Part shown: positions 10,001-20,754 of the stretch, piece after piece
Layout of the letters: each line of letters starts with the position of its first letter
Position numbering within the stretch: position 1 is the stretch's first letter
Assembly (NCBI GenBank): GCA_918797485.1
Contig: CAKKNE010000001.1
Span: 868,001 to 932,000, forward strand
Direction of reading: 5' to 3'
From: Pelagomonas calceolata
Taxonomy: Eukaryota
DNA: 64,000 bases
Made by a program: the position numbers and the translations under genes
The notes under the pieces: model-generated
What the model was told of the DNA's origin: nothing
The model's input: only the letters and a program-made list of their open reading frames with translations
Databases searched by the model: none

Positions 10001-13000
10001 CGGCGGAACAAAACGCGGAGGCGAAGACGGAGAGAAAAACTTCCACGAAGAGGCCAAAAAAGAATCCGGCGACGCCGCCGGCGGTCCGCGCCCGCGCGCG
10101 GCAGCCCGGCGGTTTACATCTCCGCAACGCCGCCTTGCACACTTGCCAGCCCACGCCCCACCCCGCACTCAGCCCCGCTATCATACCCACGATCGCACCA
10201 AAGACCGACGTTGGAACACCAAAATACGGCCGGAGCCCGGCCTCGAGGCCTAGGGCGATCGCCGTGGCCACCAGCGACGTCGATCCCACCGCCACGGCGT
10301 GCTCGAGAGGCCGCCACACTATCAGACCCGCGACGGCGCCTACGACACCGCCGGCGACCGCGCCCGGCGCCGACACCGAATATTTGAAATAGTAGTATCG
10401 CACGCCGCACTCCAGCGCCGCCAACAGAAGCACGGCCGCTGCTGTAGTGAAGGCGGCCGCGAGCCCCCAACCCAGACCGGGCCAGCCGTCCTTGCGCGCA
10501 GCCACGCCACAGCAAACGATAAACCCTGAGACCAAAGCCGCGGCGAGCACGGCGAAACGGGTTGGCACGGTGAAGGTCGTGTGGTCTTTGCTCGCGCGCG
10601 CCCGCGCCATCGCTTGTCTGAGCCCGCCGGGCAGCACGCGACAGCCGAAGACCAGGTCTGGGATCCACCTGAGGTCGTTTGCTATCTGCTGGAGCCGGAA
10701 CTGCGCCACGGCCACGACGAGCCGCGACGGCGGCACCGGCTCGCCCGGCCTCGCCGGCACCAAGGCCCCGCCGAGCAGCGTCTCCGCCTCCACGGGCGCC
10801 GCCGCGCCCTCGACCTTTTCGCCGACGGATATGAACACGTCCTCGAGCGACGTCGCCGTCACCGACAGGTCGACGAGGCCCAGACCGTCGGCCTTCTCCT
10901 CGAGGCCTTCGAAGAGCGCGACCATGCGCGCGCGGCCGACCGCCGCGGGCACCGTGTACGTCGTCGTCGCGTCGTCGGCGGCGTCCTCGAGGAGGGGGGC
11001 CTCGGCGTCCGCCCAGTTCCGCGACGCGGAGAAGCTCGCGCCCCGGGTCGCGTTCAGGAGGGGGCTCCGAAACGACGACGAGAAGCCCTTCGGCGTCGAC
11101 CCGAGGAGCGGGTTCGCGGCGTCCGTTTCGGTCGCCCGGCGGAGGTCCTCCGCGAGCTTCGAGGCCGCCGCGAGCTCGGCTTCGGGCACGTGCTGCGCAA
11201 AGACCGCTTTAAGTTCATCGCGCGCCGCGGCGGCCGTCGTCACCGCCACGTGGAGGCCGCCGCCGAGGTCGACGGCCGGCGCGGCCGCGGCGTCCGCTCG
11301 CTCGGCTTCGGCGAGCGCCTCGGCTATCGTTTCGGCGGCCCGCATGTCGCCGGCAGCCTCCGCCTCCGCTATTTTGGCGGCGGCCTCCGCCTCCCGCTTC
11401 GCTCTGCGTTCCGCCGCGGCCGCGTCGTCGGCCCCGCCGAAGTGCCGCTTCAGGAAAGCTAGAGTGCCGCAGCACTTCACGCTCCCGGCCGCCATGATCG
11501 CCACCCGGTCCGCCAACGCCTCGGCTTCCTCCATGTGGTGCGTCGTGAGGAGCACCGACCGGTCGACGCGGACGTCGCGCAGCAGGGTCCAGACCTCGCG
11601 CCGCGCCACGGGGTCCATTCCCGCCGTCGGCTCGTCGAGGACCACGAGCCTGGACCCGCCGGTCAGCGCCGCGGCCATCATGACCTTGCGCTTCTGGCCG
11701 CCCGAGAGCTTGAGCGGAAACCCCTCGGCCATTTCCGTGAGGCGGAAGAGCTCCAGCAGGCCCGTCGCCTCGTGCTCCGCTCTAGCCTCCTCGACGCCCT
11801 TGAGCCGCGAGTAGAAAATGAGGTGCTCCCGGAGCGTGAGGTGGGCGAAGAGCGCGTCGTGCTGCGGGCAGAAGCCGAGGAGCTGGCGGAGCCTATCCAA
11901 ACCATCCGCGTCGGCTAAGGGGCCGAGCGTGCGGATCCCGAAGAAACTTGCGCTGCCGCCGTCGGGCGCCATCGCTCCAGTCATCATCGACATGGTGGTC
12001 GTCTTGCCCGCTCCGTTGTGACCCAGCAGGCAGAAGATCTCCGAGTCGCGGATCGCGAACGTCGCGTCCGAGACGGCGACCTTCTTCCCGAAGACCTTCC
12101 GGAGGCCTCTTACCTGGACCGGCGCGTCGCTGTCTTTATCATGCTCGAACCACTCTTCGTGGTCCACGAGCGGCGCCTTCTCTTCGACCTCGTCCGGCGG
12201 CGGCGGTCGCCAGTACGCCTTCCTAATGCAAAAGAGCAGGTCCTTGCCCTTGCCCCGCGCCGCCGACGTGGAGACCTGGATCACGTACCACAGGACCGCC
12301 GCCCACAGCGCCACGGACACCATCAGCATGCAGTAGACGCCGGCCGTCCACGAGGACTCGGGCCGCCAGCCCCGATCCTCAGTCTTCTCGTACCAGAAGG
12401 GCCAGACGTCCTCGCACTTGAGATGCTCCTCGGCGCAGCGCGCCGGCATCAGCGACTGGCTGGCCAGATACTGCTCGAAGGCCTCGAGCCGCGGCCCTGG
12501 GGCCTCGTCCCAGCACTCTTTCCAGCACGCCCTGCACGGGTAGCGCTCCCCCACAAAGCCGTCGGCGACGAGCCGGCACCGCCAGCCCGCTCGCTTTCCC
12601 GTCGGGCTGAACGAGTCCACCAACAAATCGTAGGCAAACTGCGGCAGGAAAGCCGCGCTGGCGAAGTGGGCGCGCGGCCGCGCCCACAAGCGCCAGTTCG
12701 TTCCTTCCTCCTGGATCCCGCGCCAAGCCCACCTCCGGAGCGGGTTCCAAGCAAAGTAGAGCCCGTGCAGGGTCGCGTGCAACAGGGGCGGGAGCCCCGC
12801 CGCGGCGATTTGCGACCGAAGGAGGCACGTGACCACCACGAAGGTCTGGAGGGTGAGCGCCAGCAGAAAGAGCCAGTGGAGGGCGAAGAGCTCGAAGAAC
12901 GCGGCGACCTCGAAACTCTTGCCGGCGCGCCGGAAGAGGCCCGGCGCGGCGAACGCGGCGATCGCGACGGAGACGCCTCCACCGATGGCGACGCCCTCGA

Positions 13001-16000
13001 TCAAAAGCGATGCGAGCCAGTAGGCCGCGTCGGCGCCGCCCGCCGCGCGCGTCGCCTCGCGCGTGCCCGCGGCGACGTCCCCCACCAGCGCCGAGGCGAC
13101 CTCCTGGACCCAGGGCACGAAGAGATACTGGAACACGAAGAGCTCGAGGTCGCCGTGGTTCGTGTCGGAGGTCGTCCGCTCGCGGCTGGCCGCTCCGCCG
13201 CCGACGGGCGTCGGCGCGCCCGTCGCGCTCGCGACGGTGCTCTGCTTCTTTTTATTTCTTTCCTTGATGTCGTACAGGAGCCAAAGGATGCCGACGCCGA
13301 GGAGCGGCACGCTGACCTGCTTGACCAGCGCGCCGAGCGTGCGCTTCTTCACCGTCCACGCCTTGCGCGCGAGGAGCGCGGTGCGTTCCATGAGCGACGG
13401 CGGCTCGGCGGCGTGCTTCGGCGCGACGCCGCCGCCGTCCACGGGCACCGCCTCCGCGAGCGAGAAGAGCTGGCCCCGCCGGACGCCCGGCGGCACGCGT
13501 ACCTTGACGCCGTCCGGGCGGGCCACGATCGTGCCCGGCGGGCCCGGCGCCACGACCCAGGGGACCGTCTGCTCCGTCCCGTCCTCCGCGGTGTAGACGG
13601 CCGCGGGCGGCCGCTTGACCAGGCAGAAGCTGCAGGCGCGCGCGCAGCAGCAGAGGCGACGCCAGACGTAGCAGCAGCAGCAATAGTAGAGGCAGCGGCC
13701 GAGGCAGCGGCCGAGGCGGGCCGTCACCTTCTTCAGTCCCTTCCACGCGAGCGGCGCGGCGACGGACAGCTTTGCCAGAAGCGCGGCGACGGCCCGCTTC
13801 TTCCTGAGCGACGCGACGCCGGCCGAGAGCTTATCCAGGCACGGCGCGACGTGGCGTCTGAAAAGCGATGCGACGCCGGCCGAGAGCTTCTCCAGGCACG
13901 GCACGACGTAGCGCCTGAACCAGGGGCGCCGCTCGCGGAACTTCTCGTAGCGCGCGCGCGCCTCCTCGCGGAACTTCTCGTAGCGCGCGCGCGCCTCGCC
14001 CGGCTGACGGAGCAGCAGCCGACAGAACTCCAGGCCCGCGAAAAGCAGCGCGATAGGGCGCGTGACCAGCTCGAAGACCCAGCCGCCGCAGCAGACGAAG
14101 ACGCACCAGCGGGAAACGGCCCCGTCCTTTGCCTTCGCGACGACCCAGTTCCGGCACCGCTGCAGCCGCGCGTAGCCGCGGCACGACGGCTGCGAGACGC
14201 AGCACGCGAGGACGATGCCAAGGACCCAGATGCCGACGAGGGCCACGAAGGTCAGGCCCTGGCCCCACGTGACCCAGATGGGGCGGAAGAGGTGGACGCC
14301 GGTCGCCGGGGCGAAGCCGCAGACGTCCGGGATCTCGTCGCCGCCGCCCCGCGCGGGCCACGCCTTCACCGCCCGCCGGAGCCGCGCGAACGTCGCGGGG
14401 TCGTGGCCCAGCTCCGCGCAGGTCTTGCCGCAGACGTCGCGGCAGCCGCGGTGGAACTCGCGCGCCGCGGCCCGCGCGCACGCGTCCGCCGACGCGGCCG
14501 CCGGCGCGGCGTCGAGCCCGGCGAATTTGCGCGGCGCGCGCGTCGAGGCCCAGAAGTTCTCCCACGGGTGGTCCCACTCGGTCCTCCCGCGGGTGTTGTA
14601 GTCGGTCTTGTACAGCCACGCCTCGTCCCAGCGCTTCCACGCGCGGAGCTGCGCGTGGAAGAAGTCGCCGTCCTCGGTGACCACGCCGCAGGCCTTGATG
14701 CGCTGGCGCTCGCCCCGGCGCCGGTTCCGCGCCGAGGCCGGCCACGGCTTTGTATGACGGAGGTCGGGGCGCCACCAGTTGCGCGTGCAGGCGACCTCGT
14801 CGCCGAGCGCCGCCCAGAGCCGCGGGATGAGGTCCCACCAGCGCCACGAGTCCTCGCGGACGTAGTAGAGCGCGCCGGACGCCGGGTCGCACCGCAGGTC
14901 GTCGCAGGCGTAGGGCTCTCCCCTAAAGTCGCAGGGGCGGGCGCGGACGAGTTCCCCGTCGGCGGCGAAGACGCTCGGAGATGACCTTTCGTTCCACGAG
15001 CTGGTGTCCCAGTAGTTTCTCTCTTCCCAGGTGCGGCGGTCGAAGCTGCCGAAGTATTTGAGGAGGACGTCGCAGCGTCGGGGGCCGCTGCCGTGGAAGC
15101 ACGCGGCCGTCTTGGCGACGCACGACGCGTCGCCGGACGCGTTCCGGCAGCAGGTGCCGACGCCGGGGACGACGTCGACGCCCGCCGGCGTGCGGTCGTC
15201 GGCGCAGTAGCGGGCCTCGGGCGGCGACGTTCCCGCGGGTACGGCTCTTTCTTTACCATTATCGTCTATGTAAGTATGATACACGTACTTGCCGCGGCAG
15301 TCGTCCTCCTCGCCACCGACCTCGATCCAACTGTCGCCTGGCCAATAGTCACCGATTAGACCACTCCAGGCTCGAAACACCGAATTAACGGTGATTTCGA
15401 ACTTCTCTCGGTTCCGCTCAAGCCGGCCGGGCTTGAAATTGCGGCACGCGGCCCGGTCGCAGTCGGCGCGGGGATCCGGCGCAAAGCACGCCGCCGGCGC
15501 GTCCGCCCTCGCGCAGCAGGATTCCGCGCTGAACCAGTCCTCGAGGTCCTCGGCCACGGTGGACGTCCTCTCTCTCTTTCTCTCTCTCTTCGCCCGCGAC
15601 TTCTCCCTCTTGTGTGCAATCTGAAGAGGAAGGTAGGCCGTCGTCCGGTTCCTCCCGCCGGCGCAGGCCGGTCGGGCCCCCCAGTCTCTTTCAGCCCGCG
15701 GCCTCGAGGGTGCCATCTCGCAGCAGTCACGCCACTCCAGCGGGCGCCGCCCCGCGTTCGCGTGGGCCTCCCAGCCTGTGTGGAAATCAAAATTTTACGG
15801 CGCGTTCGCGCTGAATCGCCGCGTCGACCTCCACGCCATCGATGCGACGTCTGCTCGATGGCGTGGCGATGCCGGTCCCTCGCCGCTCGACGGAGCCAGG
15901 ACGGCCGCGTCATCGCCAAGAAATGACTTGGTGAAGAATTGTCGGTACACCCGACGCACTGGTTGATTTCCACACAGCGCCCAGCAGAAGCCTTCGGCGT

Positions 16001-17101
16001 CCACGTCCGCGGCCGTGACGTTCGTCGCGTCGCGGCAGCACGTGAACACGCAGGGCGCGTTGCCCGCGACGACCGCGTAGCCGTCCGCGCACGCGGCGGT
16101 CTCGTTCGGCCCTGCGCAGCAGGCGCCCGCGCCCGCTCCACTCGCGGCCTTGCGCACGCTGCACTCAAAGTCCGGCAGGAACTCGTCCCAGCCGCCGAGT
16201 TCCCGCGGCCCGGCGCCGCACCACTCGCGGCTTACGGCGCCCGCGGCGCGCAGGCACCTGCTCAGCCACCTGCTCGTGAATTCTCTATGTGCCCGTTCCT
16301 TTTCCTTTCTGTTTTGCCACGTTGCTTCAGGAAAGTCCTGTGGGGGCGCGGGCACGCCGACGCCGGCATTTCCCGAGCACGCGCCGTAGTCGTGGGGGTT
16401 GAAGCCAATAGTGCCAACACTGGCCCAGGCCCAGTCGGGCGGCGGCGCGCCCCAGCTGCAGCAGTCGCTATTGAAGCCGCCTCTGTCGTTATCGCCGCCG
16501 CCTCTGCTGCTGCAGTCGCTGTAGCCCACGGGGCACCACCCGTCGGGCTTGGCGCCGCCGGCGCCGTAGGCGAGCGCGCAGTCCGCGTCGACGCCCAGGT
16601 CGCACGCGCCGTCGCAGGCGCAGTCCGCGTCGCGGTCGCAGCAGCCCGCGCACTCGTAGTAGCCCGCGGGGCACCGGGGCGTGCGCCAGGCCTGTGTGGA
16701 CACCGACGAGTGAGTTTCGGCCGCGCGTCACCGGCGTGGAAGGGACCTCGAAGACTCGGACGACATGCGAGGCCCTTGAAGGCCTCGACCGCGCGCGCGT
16801 CGCTCAGGGCGGCGAGGTGCGCCGCGCGGTCGGGGAAGGCCGCCCGGAGGTGCAGGCGCACTGCCGTGGCATTCGTGGTCGGCGCCGTCGCGTGCTCGAA
16901 GGAGTCGGCGCCGCAGCGGCAGTCTGGACCAGGGTCGCAGCAGCTCGCGCAGGTGTAGTTGCCCGGCGCGCACACGCGCTCGGCTGCATAAATCGTGCCC
17001 CGTGACCGCACGCGGCACCGCGCGTTGTCGCACTCGAAGGGCGGCTCGGGCAGCACCGCCCGGGCGACCGCCACCGGCAGCCATCGTAGCAGCCGCCCCA
17101 T
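7029..17101 (-). CDS. Giant full-size ABCA-family transporter with Cys-rich N-terminal extension; predicted exons 17101-16784, 16691-15986, 15775-8364, 8240-7029
   Basis: Two NBDs are present (LLGHNGAGKTT/LSGGQKRK/LDEPTAGMDP and LLGANGAGKTT/LSGGMKRK/LDEPSSGLDP), plus two TM regions. Removing three Introner-type introns gives one continuous frame (VE|AWRT, GF|CWEAH, SVLA|DFESAAQ). Confidence 0.85.
8241..8363 (-). mobile_element. Introner (MITE-like intron), element 8241-8355; intron 8241-8363, GT-AG
   Basis: Perfect 15-bp TIRs CTGTGTGGAAATCAA (8241-8255) / TTGATTTCCACACAG (8341-8355). Internal IR CACGCCATCGA/TCGATGGCGTG. The donor GTCAAGAG lies exactly 8 nt outside the TIR, and splicing restores the ABCA frame. 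Confidence 0.9.
13810..13998 (-). repeat. Intragenic tandem duplications (57-bp and 33-bp periods) in the ABCA gene
   Basis: Encodes ARARYEKFRE twice and (F)RRxVxPCLxKLSAGVASL twice. Confidence 0.7.
15776..15985 (-). mobile_element. Introner, element 15776-15977 (202 bp); intron 210 nt, GC-AG
   Basis: Perfect 15-bp TIRs. 8-bp TSD ctcccagc (15768-15775) / cgcccagc (15978-15985), 7/8 identical. 12-bp internal IR at 15831-15842/15855-15866. Splicing restores the frame. Confidence 0.93.
16692..16783 (-). mobile_element. Degenerate Introner-derived intron (92 nt, GC-AG)
   Basis: The 3' end ...ACTCAC...GTGTCCACACAG resembles the family TIR. The GC donor at 16783 gives a phase-0 join, VE|AWRTPRC. 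The other TIR is not recognisable. Confidence 0.55.
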
Positions 17102-17274
17102 CGATCGTGCTGCGGTGCTGGCTTGCCCCCTCTTTCTTCAGTTTGTGCTGAGACTTCGGCTGCCCCGGTCTCGGGGTGGTAAGCGGGAGTACCGCCCTTG
17201 GAACGCACCCAGACTGCTCGGCTTGCTCCGCTTGCTCCGAGCCGAGCCGCGCTGGTTTGTGTTAATCTTTTAAT

Positions 17275-17295
17275 CCTACCGTTAACACACTAGAG
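17275..17295 (+). promoter_or_regulatory. Variant of the recurrent intergenic motif
   Basis: cctaccgttaacacactagag between divergent genes (17101- / 17350+). Confidence 0.35.
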
Positions 17296-17349
17296 AAGCT
17301 CAAGCTCCAGCTTTACTGCGTACCGATTGTTTGACGCATTAATACAAGC

Positions 17350-18102
17350 ATGCCTCGCCCACTGCTGCTGTACTTGTGCTGCACCGCCGCCGCGTTCGGA
17401 CCGCGCCCGCAACGACGACCACCACCTCTACTCAAGTCGTCACAAAACCCCGTGCCCCCGGAGGACAGGCCCGACCGCCCGCCGGGCATCGACCCGACGC
17501 AGCTCCCCGACGCGTCGACGGCGGCCGGCGTCGCGCAGATTTTGGAGGTCACGTTCGTCAACGCCTGCATGCAGCTCGCGACGGGCTACGTCGACACGCT
17601 GAAGCTCTTCATCGCCGCAGCATTAACGGCCTACGAGCGGGGCTTCACCGTCAATGCGCTGAGTCTCGAACTCGCGCAGTGCCCGCAGCAGACCGCGGGG
17701 CGGCCGCTCATGCAGGAGGAGGTCGAATTGCGGAGCGTCTGGCTCTCGCTCGTGTATCTGACGCTCGCGAACGTGCGCCACGAATCGGAGGCGTCCGAAT
17801 CGGTGGGCGCGTCCGTGCCGGCGGAGATCCGCTCGCAGTTCCAGACTTTTGTCTACGACGTCGTGAACGCGGCGCAGGGCGGCTACACGCTCGAGTCGCT
17901 CAAGCTGGAGGACATGCTGCGGCGCCAAGGTACCGATTCCGAAAGTCTGGGCGCCGTCGAGAAGGCCATCCTCGGCCAGAGCATGCGCGTCGTCTTCCTG
18001 ACGCTGACCGTGCGCGACGAGGCCGCGGCGGCGGGCGACCTGCCGCCGCCGCGGCGGCCCGGCCCGTCCATCCCCGGCGCGCCGAGCGGCTTCGACCCCT
18101 AG
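17350..18102 (+). CDS. Hypothetical protein, probably plastid-targeted
   Basis: The leader MPRPLLLYLCCTAAA-FGPRP resembles a signal peptide plus the AF motif of complex-plastid targeting. GC3-rich coding pattern. Confidence 0.75.
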   Translation: MPRPLLLYLCCTAAAFGPRPQRRPPPLLKSSQNPVPPEDRPDRPPGIDPTQLPDASTAAGVAQILEVTFVNACMQLATGYVDTLKLFIAAALTAYERGFTVNALSLELAQCPQQTAGRPLMQEEVELRSVWLSLVYLTLANVRHESEASESVGASVPAEIRSQFQTFVYDVVNAAQGGYTLESLKLEDMLRRQGTDSESLGAVEKAILGQSMRVVFLTLTVRDEAAAAGDLPPPRRPGPSIPGAPSGFDP

Positions 18103-18130
18103 TCTGTGTAATGTACTCTGTTATGGACAC

Positions 18131-20329
18131 CTAGTGGTAGGACCGGAGGCCGTGCGTCGACGCCATCTCGACGCCGCGCGTCTCGCTCGGCGTCGGCCGG
18201 CCCCAGGGGTCGCGCGCCGCCGCGGGGTTGCTGACGCCCGAGCCGTGCAGGTCGCGCGCCCAGTCGCGGTCGCTGCGGTCCTGGCTCCCGAACATCTTCA
18301 TCCTGACATAACCGCCGACGCAGAGCAGGCCGAGGAAGGCCGCGAGGGCGATGCCCAGGACGGCGAGGCCGCCGCCGGCGGAGTCCGCGCCCTTGTCCTC
18401 GCTTTCGTCCTCGCCCTGGTCCTCGCCCTGGTCCTCGGACCCGTCCTCCTCCTCCATGCCGGCGGAGCCGGCGGTCGGTCGCGGCGTCGGCCGCCGGGTC
18501 GGCTGTCGGACCGGCTGCGGCGTTGGCCGCCGCGACGGCGCGGGTGTCGGGGCGACCGGTTGCGGCGTCGGCCGCGCCGTCGGGGCCGGCGCGCCGTCGA
18601 CCGCAGTCGCGTCGTTTATAGCGTCGTAGTCGTTCGCGTCTGCCGGCGCCGTGGGCCCCACGGCGCCCTCGGCGTCGCCCGCAGTGGCGAGCGCCGTGTT
18701 CAGCGTTCCGTCCTGGGCGGCGGCCGACAGCTCGCTGACGATCGTCTCGGTGTAGCTCGCGGCGAACTCCGCGGTGCCCTCGACGCGGACGGAAAACGCC
18801 ACCGTGGTCGTCTGCTGCAGGCGTCGTCGTCGCGACGATACGACGCTAAACGCCACAATTTGGTCGGTGCTCGTGACGTACGAGAGCGTCGCGACGAGCG
18901 CAGTCTTGACAATGCTCTCGAGCGTCTCATTGTCCACGGTAACTTGGTCGAGGACAAGCTGAGAGTTAATCACGACGGACTCCGCCGTCGGCGCCGGAGC
19001 CGGTGCGGCCGTCGGCACCGGAGACGAGAACTCGCCGGAAATTGGCGCCGGCGTCGGCGCCGGCGTTGCGGGCGGAATCAACACGGTGTCGATCACGTGT
19101 ACGACGCCGTTCGTTGCTTCGATATCAGGTATAGACACGGTAGCATCGTTCACTTTGACCGTCCCGTCCGCAATCGTGATCGTTACGACGTCTCCCTGAA
19201 CCGTCGCGGCCTCCTGGCCGTCCGAGAGTTCCGTGCTCATGATCTTGCCCGGAACGACGTGGTAAGTGAGAATGGCGATTAATTGTGGCTGGTTCTCGGG
19301 CAGCAGCAGAGACGCGAGCGTGCCATTGGGCAGGGCCGCAAATGCGTCATTTGTTGGCGCGAAAACAGTGAAGGGGCCGTCGCCGGACAAGGTCTCAACG
19401 AGGTCGGCCGCGACCACGGCTTGTACCAGGGTTGACAGAAAATCGGTGGCCTGGGCAAGCTCAACGATATTCTGCGTCGGCTCATCGGAGGAGTTCGTCG
19501 GCGCAAGCGTTGCTGCCACGGAGGGGCGCGGCGTCGGCGCCGCGGTGGGCGCTACTACCGGCGCCGCCCAGGTGATGGCGATCTTCTGGTCCGCATCGCA
19601 GTGACCAGGCTCTTGGCACACGTAGTACTTGGTCTTCGGCGCGTCTGGCGCCGCCACGTCAAAGGTTTGTACCGACGACGGCGCAACCTCGCTGCCACCG
19701 CTCAAGTCGCAATTTGCCAAGGCCGCCGCGTCGGGAACCTCCCAGACGTTGTGCGTGCCGCTCCAACTGAATGTCACTGTGGTACCGGCCGCCACAGACA
19801 GCTCTTGTGGGTCCATATAAAATTTCCAATCCAGCGCGTAGGGAGCCGGCGTCGGCGAGGACGGCGCCGGCGTCGGCGCGGTCAGCAGCGCGCACGCGAT
19901 GCGGCCGCCGTCGTAGCCGTGGATAATGAGCGTGCGGCCCTCGGCATCATCATATCCGGTCTCGACGCTCGCTGTGGTCCCACTCACTGTTGAGCCAAAC
20001 TGACCAGCGTAGGTGATCGACCCCCACGGGTCGCTTGCAACCAACTCATCGTCGTAGAAGTGGCCACCCGCGTCGCCGTCGCACGCCGTGCCCGAGTGGA
20101 TGTGGACGCCGCACGAATTGGCCAATGAAGAATTCGCACCGCCCGCGCAAGCAGTCTCCGTGCCGGTCAGCGAATACGCCAGCGTCTGGCTGGTGCCATC
20201 GGTCGTCACCGTCACCGTGCCCGCGACCGCGAGGTCGCCCTCGTAGTTGTAGTAGGGCACGAAGTCCGTGGCCGTGAGTTGCGCTGCCGCCGCGGGCAGC
20301 AGGAATAATCCCCAGCATCTCCCTGCCAT
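18131..20329 (-). CDS. Type I membrane surface protein: Cu/Zn-SOD-like, cupredoxin (phytocyanin-like) and fasciclin (FAS1) domains, Pro/Thr linkers, TM
   Basis: Signal peptide. SOD-like motifs CGVHIHSG..C...GGHF and GRTLIIHG...RIAC. Type-1 Cu ligands HNV...YYVCQEPGHCDADQK. FAS1 motifs GPFTVFAPTNDAF...ILTYHVV...NGVVHVIDTVL. TM segment GLAVLGIALAAFLGLLCV. Confidence 0.85.
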   Translation of the reverse strand: MAGRCWGLFLLPAAAAQLTATDFVPYYNYEGDLAVAGTVTVTTDGTSQTLAYSLTGTETACAGGANSSLANSCGVHIHSGTACDGDAGGHFYDDELVASDPWGSITYAGQFGSTVSGTTASVETGYDDAEGRTLIIHGYDGGRIACALLTAPTPAPSSPTPAPYALDWKFYMDPQELSVAAGTTVTFSWSGTHNVWEVPDAAALANCDLSGGSEVAPSSVQTFDVAAPDAPKTKYYVCQEPGHCDADQKIAITWAAPVVAPTAAPTPRPSVAATLAPTNSSDEPTQNIVELAQATDFLSTLVQAVVAADLVETLSGDGPFTVFAPTNDAFAALPNGTLASLLLPENQPQLIAILTYHVVPGKIMSTELSDGQEAATVQGDVVTITIADGTVKVNDATVSIPDIEATNGVVHVIDTVLIPPATPAPTPAPISGEFSSPVPTAAPAPAPTAESVVINSQLVLDQVTVDNETLESIVKTALVATLSYVTSTDQIVAFSVVSSRRRRLQQTTTVAFSVRVEGTAEFAASYTETIVSELSAAAQDGTLNTALATAGDAEGAVGPTAPADANDYDAINDATAVDGAPAPTARPTPQPVAPTPAPSRRPTPQPVRQPTRRPTPRPTAGSAGMEEEDGSEDQGEDQGEDESEDKGADSAGGGLAVLGIALAAFLGLLCVGGYVRMKMFGSQDRSDRDWARDLHGSGVSNPAAARDPWGRPTPSETRGVEMASTHGLRSYH

Positions 20330-20754
20330 CTCGCTGACTTATGGGTAACAATATGCTGCCCCCCCGCGCAGATTGCAAGTTCGCGTTACTGAGGTCGCCT
20401 GGCCCCGCTCCGCTCCTTTCTTTGCTGCCCTCCCAGCGTGGAGGCCTCGCTGCGAGTAGCCAGCAATGCCTTCGAAGCCCACGAGGCCGCGGGTGGTATC
20501 GAACAAGAACGGCCCGAGGCAGCGGTCTCGCACACTTCCCTACTGCGGTCAAAGGAGTGGTACTTCGGTTTTCGTATCGCACGGGTATTTTTAAAAGCTG
20601 CCAACGAGGTTTTTTGCCTTGAACAGGGCGCACGCTTGCTCCCGCAGTGTACGCGATAGCTCCGCGCAGTAGACGCGATTGCTTTATCGATCCGCGCAAA
20701 AACCGCGCTCTGGGACACTGCGGACGCTCCACAATCAAACTCCACCGGTTGCAA

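Noticed and set aside
12018..14984. 988-aa + strand ORF and many other long antisense ORFs
   Set aside because: These are shadow ORFs caused by high GC3 on the opposite strand of real genes. The translations are low-complexity Arg/Ala/Gly-rich.
15560..15625. Possible extra intron at the CT/AG-rich tract in the ABCA gene
   Set aside because: The frame stays open (REKSRAKRERKRER) and no intron is needed. It cannot be excluded without cDNA.
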